A DNA stretch of 64,000 nt, taken from Octopus bimaculoides. Its lineage: Eukaryota. Made by a program: the position numbers and the translations under genes. Positions within the stretch are counted from its first letter, which is position 1. The number at the start of each line of letters is the position of its first letter. The notes under the pieces are model-generated. The model worked only from the letters and a program-made list of their open reading frames with translations. It searched no databases and had not been told where the DNA came from. This document shows, in pieces, positions 49,288 through 62,135 of the stretch. The DNA is taken from assembly GCF_001194135.2 (NCBI RefSeq), contig NC_068990.1:70368967-70432966 (forward strand), written 5' to 3'.

Positions 49288-50157
49288 TGAGATGGAATCA
49301 AAAAGTTCCCTGCATGCCAACAGATGGCAACATACAGTTGCACATACAGTGAGAGCTAGCAGTGACCTTCATGAGGCAGTGTGTTGAGTGACATCACTGT
49401 ATTTACTGAGCAAGTTGTGAAATTTGTGTTTTTGTGATCATATGTCCACTGTAGTCTGCGATTTTGTCATGGACAGGAATAAAGAGCCAATGTAAGATTT
49501 TGCATTAAACTTGGGAAGTCTGCTACAAAGACATTGAGCATGCTTCAACAAGCTTACAGTAATGAGGCAACAAGTCATGCACAATGTTACAAGTGGCATG
49601 GGTGCTTCAAAAGCAGAAGAATGTCCCTGGAAGATGATGAGCTATCTAGAGGATCTGCCATGAGTGTCACCTTGAAAATGTGGTATTGTGCATTGAGAAT
49701 TCATCCCTTAGGACCAGACTATCAATTGATAATTCTACTGTAATGTTTTGAAGCATTTGAGGAAGGACATTCGGCAAAAGTGAATGTGGAGTGCGAAGAG
49801 TTGGATTCTTCACTGAGCTCTCCTCATTCGTGATTTTATCGCCAAAAACAACATGGTATCACTTCTGCACCCACCCTATTTGCCAGATTTAGCACCTGCA
49901 AACTTCCATCTCTTCTCCAAGATGAAAATGCTGCTCATTTTAATACCGTTTTTGAGATCCAGAACAAATCACAGAAGGTCCTCAACTTGCATACAAAAAA
50001 ATGACTTCTGAGCTAGATTCCAAATGTGGCAGAAACTCTGGGACTGGTGTATTGCTGCACAAGGTGACTATTTCAAAGAAGATGATGTTAAAACTTAGGT
50101 AAATAAGTTATTTTTTATTAAGCATAACTAGTCCGGGAACCTTTTGATACCAACTTG
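49288..50157 (+). mobile_element. Internally deleted mariner with both TIRs and TA TSD
   Basis: TA|TGAGATGGAATCAAAAAGTTCCCTG ... CCGGGAACCTTTTGATACCAACTTG|TA (19/25 match). Transposase pieces are KLGKSATKTLSMLQQAY...CYKWHGCFKSRRMSLEDD and HPPYLPDLAPANFHLF (YSPDL motif). Confidence 0.88.
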
Positions 50158-50164
50158 TAAGTGT

Positions 50165-50715
50165 TGGAAAAATGCTTATTTTGGCTCTTTACATTCTGAG
50201 TTCATATCCTGCTGAGATCAACTTTGTCTTTCATCTTTTCAGGGTCGATAAAATAAAGTACTAGTCAAGTACTAGGGTTGATGGTATTGATTAAAACCCT
50301 CCTCTCAAAATTCCTGGCCTTTTGCCTAAATAAGAAACCATTATTATTATTATAGTGTACTGGCAGATATTACATCAAATAAAATGTTTAGTGGTATTTC
50401 TTGCAGCTCTCTTTGTTCTGAGTTCAAATCCCACTGAGGTAAAGTTTGCCTTTCATCATTTCGAAGTTGATAAAATGAGTATTACTTGAACAGTGGGGTT
50501 GACATAATCAGCTAGTCCCTTTCCCCACAAATTTCAGACCTTGTGCCTATTGTAGAAATTATTATTATTAATGTGACAAGCTGGCAGAATCATTGGCACG
50601 CTGAATGAAATGCTTAGTAGTATTTAGCCCGTCACTATGTTCAGGGTTTAAATTCTGCCGAGGTTGACTTTGCCTTTCATCCTTTCAGGGTCAGTAAATT
50701 AAGTACCAGTGAAAC
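50165..50715 (+). mobile_element. Three tandem SINE family C copies
   Basis: The ttctgagttc...actttgcctttcatc...aagtac core recurs at about 50190, 50415 and 50640, separated by (ATT)n tails. Confidence 0.8.
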
Positions 50716-50737
50716 AGACAATACGTAAGTTGTTGTG

Positions 50738-50962
50738 ATATCATATCATATATATATGACATACCATATCCTGTGGTAGATCATATATTGCATATTATAT
50801 TATAAGGCATATCACATTATATGTGGTATATCATATTGCATATTATTTCATATGGTATATCATACTGTATATCGTACATTGAATATCAAATTATGGTAAA
50901 TCATATCACATGGTATATCATACAACATATATGGTATACGATGTCTCATGGTATATCCCTGT
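50738..50962. repeat. Degenerate (ATATC/ATATG)n pentamer-like tract
   Basis: gatatcatatcatat...gcatatcacattatatgtggtatatcatattgcatatt...catatatggtatacgatg. Confidence 0.7.
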
Positions 50963-51019
50963 CACAAATCTGCTTCTTTATTGTTCCTGTAATTATAATT
51001 TTTTTCTTTTGTTTTTCAG

Positions 51020-51048
51020 CTAAAAACATAGTTCTCGCTGGAATCAAA
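51020..51048 (+). CDS. UBA6: UBA6 29-nt coding exon, phase 1 to phase 0
   Basis: Acceptor tttttcttttgtttttcag| and donor |gtaagt. CT-AAA-AAC-ATA-GTT-CTC-GCT-GGA-ATC-AAA joins the previous exon in frame to give (A)KNIVLAGIK, the expected E1 continuation. Confidence 0.92.
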
Positions 51049-53539
51049 GTAAGTTTTTGTTGTTACTATAACTACTGTTGCTACTAATACTATTACTACA
51101 ACTTTTTTTACTGTTTCTCACTGAGCGGTTTGTTCTGGTTATTAACTTGATGTTAGCCACAACATCACTATACGACACCTATATCATTACTGTGTATATT
51201 ATTTGTGTCTAGTTGGGTTGTTGGAGTTATCCTTTCAGACCCATTGTTGTTGTCATTGTTGTTATTGTAAATTCTGTGGTTCATTTCTTGTCATTTCTTT
51301 ACAGAAATGAAGTCCTGAATAAATGCCATTTAACAATGCAAAGCCAGAAAAAAAATTACTAAATGTGTTTACATTTGACAAGACCTAACTAGAAATGAAA
51401 TAATTTGTAATAAGCTTTTATGAAGACCTTCCCAGGCCACATTAATAACTGTGATGATGTTACAAATAGATTTGTATTAATTATTTCCATCTGCAACTAA
51501 TGCAAGTTTAAGTCATGCATAAGAGTAGTCATATAACTCTTCAACAGCAAAGAGCCTGTTCTGTTTTGGTCCTTTCTCTCACACTTTAATCCCTCATCCC
51601 CTAGAATAAAGCTTCTCCCTCAGGGCTTTCAAGCTGTATGGCAACCTCACTAGTGCTAGTATCATGAAAAAAACCCAGTACATGCTGTAAAGTGGTTGCA
51701 AGGACATCCAGCTATAGAAACCATGCCAAGTAGACAGTGAAGCATGATGCACTCCATGGGCTCATAGGATCTTGTCAAAGCATTCAACCCTTGCTATGGA
51801 ACATGGAGTGTAAAACAAGGCCAATCATGATGCTGGTGCTCTTTATTGACTACATAAAGGTAACAAGTTTCACTAGCCATATGCAGCAGCAATGAATCTT
51901 CTTTCATAAATTCTTTTCAGATTCTAAACTCCAACACACTGAGCTAGTGAGGGAAGGTCCATATGATTGCTCCTAGAAATAAACACCCAGATCTCCCTCA
52001 AATTACACTATACTGCAGATGTTACCAAACTGTAGGTTGTGGCATTTTAGTGCGTTGCCTGTAATTTCTAAGAGATGTCACAAAATTAAGTCAAATCTGA
52101 TAAATTCTTTAAAATCTTTAGCTTGGAAACATATTTGAGATTCAACAACATTGAGTATAATGAAACACACTACTGGTTACATGCAATGTGTTGTTACTTT
52201 TTTTTAAAATACAGTTTTTAAATAGTTTTATCTCCTTGTTTCTCCCACTTGTTATGAGAATTTGAGTATTTATAAATTTGTTATGAATTATTCAAATCTT
52301 TTCTGAAAACCAAAATGGAAACCAATCAATAGTTGGGTGTTAAGTGAAGGGAAACTTTTTGCTAACAAATTCTAAAATATGTGTGATCATGTGTATTGGC
52401 ACTATATGTAGCTGAGTTCAAATCTATGGTATTTGGCACTACTTTTCTGGTATTTCTTTTTAATCCCTGTGAAACTGCATTAGATTTAAATGTGCTGAAA
52501 GATTTTTTTTGACAAGGATGAAATACAAATATAATGCCAGTGGCAGGATTTGAAACTTAAAATCTTAGTTGTCCCTTTTTATTTAATATTAAAGAAAATT
52601 TGAACAATTTTCCCTGCAGCAAAAGAAACTGTTCTTCTCCTTTCCTTTCAGTTTCTTTAATATTCTATTATCATTATTTTTTGTTTTGTTTTTACAGCTC
52701 TTTCTTCTCCAATACCTACAATGTCAATAGTATTTATATCCCTTAATTTTTTTTTTTTTTTTTGTAAATAAACAAAACTGCAGGTAGTTTATTTGATGCC
52801 AGGGTAATTGCAAGTTCATCTGATTTTTGTCAGAATAGTAAAACAGAAATTAAAATAATTGGGATGAAATGATGATGATGACAATGATTTCTAACATCAG
52901 CATCACCACCACCACCACAAAGATTTTCTTAAACATATTCTCAAATGTTTAAATTTCTGAATATGGTATTTAAGACCACCACGTGTTTTCTCTTGTTGAT
53001 ATTTATGGCAAGATATTGCTTTATCTCAGCCAATGATTAATGGGAAAGGAGATGTCATTGGGTGCAGTAGCCAGATTTTACACTCAATACACACCATACC
53101 TTGACAATAAACTGATAGTTTTATCGATACTATATGTAAAATGCACACTACAGCAATCAAATATAATGGTATATAAGCAAGCTGTGACACTGCAGCACAT
53201 AGAATCTAGTTTTGTACTTCTACAAGCAGTAACACAACAACCAGAAATGGATATGGTAGACATATAAGGTATTATTTAGCAGCAACCTTTATAAAAATGG
53301 TCAATAACTATTAATAGGTTATTGGATAGCCACTAAAAGCTTTTGTATTAAATGTAGTTAATAATGGAACCTGCCAGATCAACCTGGGAGGGCCCAACAT
53401 TGTCCAGGTTGTGTACTGCAGTCAGAGGGAGACATCTGAATGAAGAATTAATAGAATAACAACAATAACTGAGAATTAAGCTTGTGTTCTACCAGATTGT
53501 TGAAAAGTGTATCTCTGTAATTCTCTCTAAGATGGAGCT

Positions 53540-53900
53540 AATAAAAGAGCTTATGATGTTGCACAACTTGCTAGAAACAGTAGCTACATCTCCCTTGAAT
53601 TATATCCTACCATCCTAAGTAAAGCACCTCAGGATTATAATATGGCCTTGTTCATTAGAAAAAGATGAGATAGTCACAGTTGGAATGCTTTTGATCATAG
53701 ATTTGTTTGATGAAGGCTGACCTGGTACTAAACAGTAACAGTAATTCTCAAGAAGATCTAGAAAAAGTAGTCAAAACCCCCTCAAACCACACCTATTTTT
53801 AAAAAATGACACATTAAAGAATGGTCCTTGGTACCCTAAAATGATAGTTTGGTAACAGCTGGAGTTTCTTTGATCAAAGGTCTGTTAGGTTAAAGTTGGC
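53540..53900 (+). repeat. Two tandem copies of an unclassified dispersed repeat (ctagaaatagcagccaaatctccctcaaat-like)
   Basis: Related fragments at about 7990-8050 (-), 24490-24545 (-), 33430-33500 (+), 51960-52015 (+) and 55810-55845 (-). Confidence 0.55.
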
Positions 53901-53969
53901 TTGAGGTTAACAACAGTTCTCTAACAATCAGTATCTTATGTGGCACACATAGATTCATATATATACATA

Positions 53970-54003
<34 letters not shown>

Positions 54004-54228
54004 CAGATTTACAGAAAACAAGACAAAGACAGGTGAGTGAACAACAAGCAGGTGTATTAGTTTGATGCATGGGAAGAATGGAAATGTCTTTGATATTTCG
54101 AGCATATGCTCTTCAACAGAAAGGGTTGAGAGTTAAAAAAATGGAAAGAGAATAAGAAAATGGAGAGAGAAAAACATGTGTAGGGAATAATGGTTTAACA
54201 TGATGAAATGACCCAAATTATATATATA

Positions 54229-55142
54229 TCATCATCATCATCATCATCATTTAATGTCCATCATCCGTACTGGCATGGGTTAGATGGTTTGACTGGGGCT
54301 GGTAAGCTGAAAGGCTGCACCAGTCTCCAGACTGATTTGGCACAGTTTTCTACAGCTGGATGCCCTTCCTAACACCAACCATTGTAATGGTTGCTTTTAC
54401 ATGCCACCAGCATGGGTGCCATTTGCGTGACACCAGTATCTGCCACAACTGTGATTTTGCTTGGCTTGATAGGTCTTCTTCTCAAGTAAAACATAATACC
54501 AAAGGTCTTGGTCACTGCCTCCTTGAGTCCTAACACTTGAAAGGAACTCAGCCATCTTGCCTCCATGAGGCCCAAAGCTCAAAAGGTGCTCTTTACGTGT
54601 CACTGGCACAGGTACCAGTTAGGTGGCACCAGCAGTGGCCATGACTATAATTTCACTTGGCTTGACAGGTCTTCTGACGCACAGCATATTGCTAAAGATC
54701 TCGGTCACTACTCATTGCCTCTGTGAGGCTCAAATTTCGAAGATCATGCTTCACCACCTCTTCCCATGTCTTCCTGGGTCTACCTCTACCACAGGTTCCC
54801 TCCACAGTTAGAGATCAGCACTTCTTTATATGGCTGTCCTTGTCCATATGCATCACATGACCATACCCATGCAGTCGTCTCTCTTGCACACCACATCTGA
54901 TTCCTCTTATGCCTAACTTTTCTCTCAAGATGCTTACACTCTGTCAAACATGCACACAGACATTTCACATCCAGTGAAGCATACTGGCTCTATTTCTTTC
55001 AAGCCTATGCATGTCATTGGCTGTCACAGCCCATGTTTCACTGCTACGTATCATAGCTGTTCACACACAGGCATCATACAAACTGCTTTTCACTCTGAGA
55101 GAGAGGCCCTCTGTTGCCAGCAGAGGTAGGAGCTCTCTGACG
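54229..55142 (-). mobile_element. RTE LINE, heavily 5'-truncated (C-terminal ORF plus 3' UTR)
   Basis: Collinear with 29989-30960 (gatcatgcttcaccacc...gttgccagcagaggtagg), ending in a (GAT)n tail. Confidence 0.9.
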
Positions 55143-55282
55143 TATTCCCACAAGTATATATATATATAATAATATAATGTATAAATATATGCATATATTT
55201 ATACATTATTTATATTATTATATGATCAAACGCCACGCATCCTTTTCCAAGTAAGTTTTATATATATATATATATATATATA

Positions 55283-55620
55283 ATCATCATCATCATTTAA
55301 CATCTGCTTTCCATGCTGGCATGGGCTGGACAGTTTGACTGAGGACTGGCAAGCCAGGACGCTGTACCAGGCTCCAATCTGATCAGGCAAGGTTTCTACT
55401 GCTGGATGCCCTTCCTAATGCCAACCACTCTAAGAGTGTAGTGGGTGCTTTTTACATGCCACCGGCACAGGAGCCAGTCCGGCAGCACTAATATTGATCA
55501 TGCTCAAATGGGGCCATTTAAGTGCCACTGGCACAGAGGCCAGTCAGGAAGTACTGGCATCAGCCACGACAACAATTTCACTTGACTCAACGGGTCTTCT
55601 CAAGCACAGTATATTGCAGA
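55283..55620 (-). mobile_element. RTE 3' UTR-only copy
   Basis: (CAT)n ttaacatctgctttccatgctggcatgggctggacagtttgactgaggactgg... Confidence 0.85.
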
Positions 55621-56019
55621 ATTTGGTTCCTGTGTTTTCAAATATTGTTGTTGTAATCAGGGTAAGCTCTGATTGGGTAGACTCATGTTCCAGCTATGAC
55701 CATCATGTCTTCTTTTTCTTTTTCTGTTTTTTAATCACACTAGATATATAGGGCTTTGTTATCTGGTATGCTCTATAATTTTTTATAATAGTAATGTTAT
55801 GATGTCATATAAAGGATATTTGGCTGCTATTTCTAGCTGGTTGGACAAGGTAGAAGCTCCAGTGTCAAGTCAAAATTTTAAAAAATATTGTAAGATCATC
55901 CCTGATATTATAAATAATTTATAAAGAGTAAAAGCTATAGATCGTGTCTCCTGTGGTGGGAAAATGATGAAATCGGGGCAGTAAAGGAGTACATCTTGTT
56001 AGGTCAGAGAGTAAATATA

Positions 56020-56460
56020 TGTTGAGACAGAAATGTTGAAATCTCATGCAGAGTAAGAGCTGAGTGGAGGGTGTTTGCTTTGATTAAAGATGTGTTCAAA
56101 GCACAGCTGGTTAAGACTCTGCATGACAATCTCTTCAAGAGCACTGTTCTACCTGCATTCTTATATGCAAGGGAGATATAGATTTCTGTGGAAATGAAGA
56201 AGAACAACAGGCTAAAGCACAGATGGCCATGGAAAGACCCATGTTAGGAATACTATTTGGGGAGCATATCTGAAACAAGGTAATTCGAAAATGGGTGGAG
56301 TGATTGGTTTAATCATGGAATACCAAAAATACAAGTTCTGCTGGGTTGGACATGTTGGAAGGCTGACAAACAAGTAGACTTGTACAGTTGTTGAGTGGTA
56401 TCCAAGAGATCAGGACAGACCATGCAGAAAATTTCCAAGATGATAGGAAATGATATAATG
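56020..56460 (+). mobile_element. Old RTE-type LINE C-terminal remnant (different family)
   Basis: RVRAEWRVFALIKDVFKA...LFKSTVLPAFLYARE...AQMAMERPMLGI...KFCWVGHVGRLT...VVEWYPRD. Confidence 0.7.
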
Positions 56461-56879
56461 TAACAGTGAGGGCCTAAGCAGAAGAGAAAGGTACAATCAA
56501 GGGAATTATGGTAGCACATTGTGATCAGTAATGTAGAAAGTCATCTGATAGTCTGGTTAAAAAAAGTAATCTATAGAAAATAAGTATAATTAACATTGTT
56601 ATTTTCAACATTAGCCTTGCTTTGTGTTTTTTACACACTCCATCTCATCCATACCTCATATGTATTTTTCTTTTTTTATTCATTAACATTGAAGAAATAG
56701 TCTATCTCTTTGTAGTGTTGGGACAAATTGACTTTATCACAAAATAAAAAAATAACATGTCTGAAATCTCTTGTAATTTCCTCACACCTTGAGGACATAC
56801 TTGATATATGATTTTCAGCATGTATATATAAATATATATATATATATAAATATATATATAGCCTCTGACCTTCAATTTT

Positions 56880-56918
<39 letters not shown>

Positions 56919-57349
56919 GTGCATAGTATTATAAATTCCACTCTCATGAATATTTATCTGTGATCTACCAGTTGGAGTGACTTTCCTTTAGGTTTAACAA
57001 CTGACTTGATGTAATTTCCTCATGTTGGACATAACTGAAGTGGAAAGATTAAACAAGATATACAACAAGATGCAGATATAAACTAATATTTACATTGTAA
57101 TCTCTTTATGAGTATATAAACATACTTAGTCATGCTATGATAGCTGGTGTGTGGTGAACAAAATAATTAACCTTAGTTGAAGTTGTTAAATTTATCATCA
57201 CATTCTGTACATAACAATATGTTCTTAAGCTTCTTTTTACACCTAATTGAGGGATAATGATGTAGTTATAGTTAGATTTGAAATCACAATAGTCTAGTTC
57301 CTGGTCACATACTCTCATTAGTTTAGATTTTAACACCAAACAATCTTCA

Positions 57350-57700
57350 CAGTAAGTGCTTCTTAAACACATGGTTCTGGGTTAAGTCCCACTGTGTGGC
57401 ATCTTGGGCAAGTGTCTTCTACTGTGACCTTAGGCTGACCAAAGCCTTGTGAATGGATTTGGTAGATGGAAACTGAAAGAAGCTTATTGTATATATATAT
57501 GTGTGTGTTTGTGTGTGTGTGTATGTGTCTCTGTTTGTTCCCCACCACTGCTTGACAACTGCTGTTGGGTTGTTTACATCCTTGTAACTTAGCAGTTTGA
57601 TAAAAGAGACCAAGCACTAGGCTTAAAAATAAAAAAAGTACTTGGATCAATTCATTCAACTAAAATTTTGAATGACTGAAACAGTTGAAAGAATAAAAGA
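57350..57700 (+). mobile_element. SINE family A (non-RTE tail)
   Basis: cccactgtgtggcatcttgggcaagtgtcttctac core, (GT)n, then tail ccccaccactgcttgacaac...gactgaaacag. Confidence 0.8.
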
Positions 57701-57784
57701 ATAAAATAAATCATATGATATGATATGATATGGTGTGCAGAGAAAGAAGTTACTATTTGAATTTTTCACAAGGCTTTTGATGAA

Positions 57785-58200
57785 CCATAGGTGTGGCTTT
57801 GTCGTCAAGAAATTTTGTTTCCCAGCCACATGTTTGTGGGCTCAGTCCCTCTGTGTGGCACCTAGGACAAGTGTCCTCTCCAATTGCTTCAGGCCTACTA
57901 AATCCTTATGAGTGGATTTGATAGATGGAAACTGAAAGAAATGTAGTGTGTGTGTATCCTTGTCTTGGCATTGCGTTGTATTTGCGAGTGAGTGTCACTG
58001 TCATACAAGCAGTGTCATTCATTTCCAATATTCTGCAAAAATATGTTTGGCCATGGTAAAAGTTACTTTGTTTGGGAACAGGTGAGGGTTGGCAATTGGA
58101 AGGGCATCCGGCCAAAGAAAATTTTCTCCAATAAACTCCATCCAACCCATGCAAGCATGGAAAAGTAGATGTTAAAATGATGATGATGATGATGATGATA
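57785..58200 (+). mobile_element. SINE family A head with an RTE-type tail
   Basis: Family A core, then ggaagggcatccggcc...ccaacccatgcaagcatggaaaagtagatgttaaaat(GAT)n. Confidence 0.8.
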
Positions 58201-59744
58201 CTGTAAGTAGTCCCTCTCTCTCACTGTTTTCTTTATACCACAACCCCACATTAGAAAAAAAATTGCTAAAATGTTGGCTGTTGTCTGGTGTCATTCCTAA
58301 AATATACAATGATTGTGACTATTGGTTGTCTTGTTGGCTTCCTACCTACTTATAGTGCTTTCATTAGTCACAAAGTACTTTTAATTTTGACATTAGTCTT
58401 TGAGTGTGTAAACAACTCTGTTTTTGAAACCAAAGTCACAATGTTATGTTGGCTTAATTTAGTACAGAATGTCTCATTAGTAAACAGTGCTAACTGGCCA
58501 AAATTTGCTCACTTCAGTTTAATTTTTTTTTTTTCGTAATTTCTTTTTGTTTATCTATTCATTATTTTTTTTTTGTTTTTGTTTAATTGCCATTCTTTCG
58601 TGCTACTTGCAAGAAGTTTCATCTTATAAATGAGTTTGCAATAGCACATGATAATTGACAATATTGGTTGTACATGCTTGTCTGCAACAAATACACAAGC
58701 CTTGAGTTATCATTCCTTTTTATCACTGTTTGCTGTTGCTTCAGACAATCTTGCATTGTTTTCTCTTTCTGTCTCCGTCATTATCTTATTTCAGATTTTA
58801 TGTTCAATAATCATTGAATAATTGCTCAAGAAACTTTAAAAAAACTAAACTAAAAGGAAACGAACATGAGTAAAAATGAGTAACATTATAAACAGGAGTG
58901 GATTTAATCACTGCACCAATGATACTTTTTACAAAAGTCATTCAGTATAGATTTCATAAACATAAATAACAATGAACCTTTTTTAAACATTTTAGAAATT
59001 TTTGTCTAATGTGAGGTTGTGATATAAAGAAAACATTGAGAGAGAGGGACAGATGAAAGGTGGTGGGTGTTAGAAAGAAAGAGGAATACAAATAATCTTA
59101 TTTTCTTAAGTTCTTTGACCTCTTCAGTCATTTGCTTGTTCTGGCAGTTATTCCCAGCTGATTGGAGGTAGCTCAGTGAAAGATTTACCCTGAGCAAAGT
59201 TGAAGGAAATAAAAAATAAACAACTTGATGGGTCAATGAATGAAAATGGAGGAATATATATTGACATGGCCTGAGTGACAGAGTTAGAAATGAGAATGGC
59301 AATTAATTCTTGCTTGAACAAACTGATCAAACTTGCTTGAACAAACTGAAAGGTAAGACAGGATCTTAGTGGTGACGGTGACTAACTGATGCAGTGTTGT
59401 ACAAAATGAAATTAAAACAAACTTTGAAGAGTTATCCAGAAAGATCCAGGCCAAGTGTTTGAAGGCATGAAGATTATTAAATGAAGGTTGAGAGGATATT
59501 ATCAGAAGTAGGGGATGGGTCGCAGTTGTGTGTGTGTGTGTGTGTGATAGCATGTGATTTTCAGGATGGGAGATGATTCTTGTGGGGTACAGAGAGGTAT
59601 GATAAAACAAACATATATGTGCTAAAAGAAGTGTGTATGTGTGTGTTAGCGTATGCTTGCTTCAGTACATATGTTTGTTTTATCATACCTCTGAACACCA
59701 CAAGAATTATCTCCTGACTATATTCATATACTTGTATGTATGTA

Positions 59745-59747
<3 letters not shown>

Positions 59748-59800
<53 letters not shown>
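59748..59800. repeat. (TA)n microsatellite (one of many TA/CA tracts in the window)
   Basis: Direct reading. Confidence 0.95.
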
Positions 59801-59806
<6 letters not shown>

Positions 59807-60147
59807 CATCACTGTTTAATGTTCTTCTTCCCAATAGATGCATAAGTTGTTCACATATGTTCACACTTGTGCATTCTTATGCATACTCTTAAATATTTTC
59901 ACACACATACACACCAATATCATTTAAGTTAAACAAAAGTAAATTTAAGTGCATGCACTTATGCTTTTCTGTAAGGGGAAAAAAATGCAAGAGGGTAAAA
60001 GAAGTTTTACTGGCTGCTGCTACTGTTAGGTTGGGGTGTTCTGATGCAAAAGGAAAACTTCTTATCAAGTAAATCCTATCTCAAATGCTGAATCAGTTAT
60101 GGAAGAAAATAGCTGTGAAAGTAAATGATATACATACACACACATAT

Positions 60148-60180
<33 letters not shown>

Positions 60181-60217
60181 TATGTATGTATGCATGCACA
60201 CATACATACATACATAC

Positions 60218-60259
<42 letters not shown>

Positions 60260-60329
60260 AGTTTCCCAGCCCACCTCTAGTTTTACTGGTGGGGCACCAA
60301 ACATCTTCCTTACACTCTCTATTTATCTC

Positions 60330-60600
60330 TTCCGTTGATTTCTTTTCTCTTCTTTTCTGTCTGTTGTACACCCCACCTTCTGCTTTTTTTCTTTTTCCTT
60401 ACATATATTATTTCTTTTTTTCATTTTCCTCCATTTTTTCATGTTCTTCATCTATTTCCCCCATTTTTCAATTTTCTTTTTTCCTTACCTTCTACAGTTT
60501 CTGAGTTATCCTTTTACCTTTTGTTCCTTCATCTAATTTTTCTTTTTCTCTTCCTCCTTCTCTTCTTCTTCTTCTTCTTCTTCTTCTTTCTATTCTTATT
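60330..60600. repeat. Pyrimidine-rich tract ending in (CTT)n
   Basis: Direct reading. Confidence 0.85.
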
Positions 60601-61919
60601 CCTAGATATTCATATTTGGAGAGGTGGCAGGGGGCACGTTCTGTTTCTTTCTCCCTGCAAAATTTAGATTGATTATGTAGACTTGGAACAAAAACATTAC
60701 AGATAAGGAATGTTTTACCTTGTAGTGAGCATAACTGAATGTTACTACAGGGGTGGCAGCAGTTGTGTTAGGGTTTGGGAATGGGAGTGGATTTATTGGT
60801 TGGTAGAGCACTGAGCTGATGCAGGGTGCAAAAGCAGAAGGGCTTCTATCAGGTTTCAAAAATGTTGGCTTCATATTACTTCAGATTGTATTGAATGTAG
60901 ACAATAAGATCTGTGTGCACACATGTGTGAGTGTTTGTATGTATATAACATGAGACTGAAACTGATAAAGTTTTCTTGACATAATTGCAGAATTTAACCA
61001 ATTCCTTCAAGCTGTTATTTTTTTTTTTTTTTTTAATTTTCATTACATTTTTTTTTTTGTTAGTTTGAAAATTTGGTAATTGACTTTTAGAATCACAATT
61101 TAATGAACTTTACTTAGATAATGAAGTTGAAAGAGAAATAAGGATATTTTGTCTTCGTTTAAATGATAAAGGAAGGTTATTAGAGGAAAACTTTTGAAGA
61201 GGAAGTAGACAATTTCATGTAAGGTGGTACCGCTTTCTTAAATGCCAGTGACATGCTGTGTGGGAGATTATTTTGGTGGCATGAGACAAATATTTGTTTG
61301 GTCGTTAGTTAAACACAGAAATTATTGACATAAATTATATTGTGGTTGTAATAGGAAATGTCATTGAGCTGGTGAGAAAAAAAATAACCCAGCTAAAGTT
61401 TCATGGAAAATATATAACTGAAAGGAGTACTAAATCTATTAATAGAATTAATAAGAATGAAGCTATGAAATGAGGGTTGCCAGGATTTATATCATTGATC
61501 TCTGGGTTGCAAGTTTGGCACTTAACCATTTGGCTGTGTAGTTTTGTGGCTTATTATATTTCTTGTTGTAGTGAAGATGTTTGGACTAGTGGTTAGGGTG
61601 TTGCACTCATGTTCTTACAACTGTAGTTTCAATTCCCAGATGATTGGGTGGTGTATTGTGTTCTTTGATCAAAACCCCTCATTTCATGTTACTCCAATCC
61701 ACTCAGCTGTAAATGAGTTTCAGCAATAATTGGGAAGTTAACCCTGTGATGGGCTGGTGTCCTGTCAGGTGAGGAGTGTTACTTATACAACATAAAATCT
61801 AGGTTACACTCTGGCCTTACGAGTCTCAGACCACATGGCAGACCTATGTCTAAGTCTTATTCTTAAGTATTGCAACAACCAGAAGCTTTAAGGTCAAGCT
61901 TTCAAGACCTCTTCTAATA

Positions 61920-62135
61920 TTGGTTTTAAATTTTGGCACAAGACCAACAGTTTTGGGGAAGAGGCTAAGTTGATTACATCAACCCCAGTGTTCAAATGGT
62001 ATTTGTTTTATTGGCCCCAAAAGAATGAAAGGCAAAGTTGACTCCAAAATTTGAGCTCAGAACATAAAGACAGATGAAATGTCACTTAACATTTTGCCTG
62101 GCTTGCTAATGATTCTGCCAGCTCGCTGCCTTAAC
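61920..62135 (-). mobile_element. SINE family C copy
   Basis: gttgattacatcaaccccagtg...aagaatgaaaggcaaagttgactcc...ttgagctcagaac...gattctgccagctcgctgcc. Confidence 0.8.

Noticed and set aside
59309-59357. 18-bp direct repeat followed by a strong GTAAGA donor-like site
   Set aside because: No open frame with a plausible acceptor and no similarity to UBA6; treated as a local duplication.
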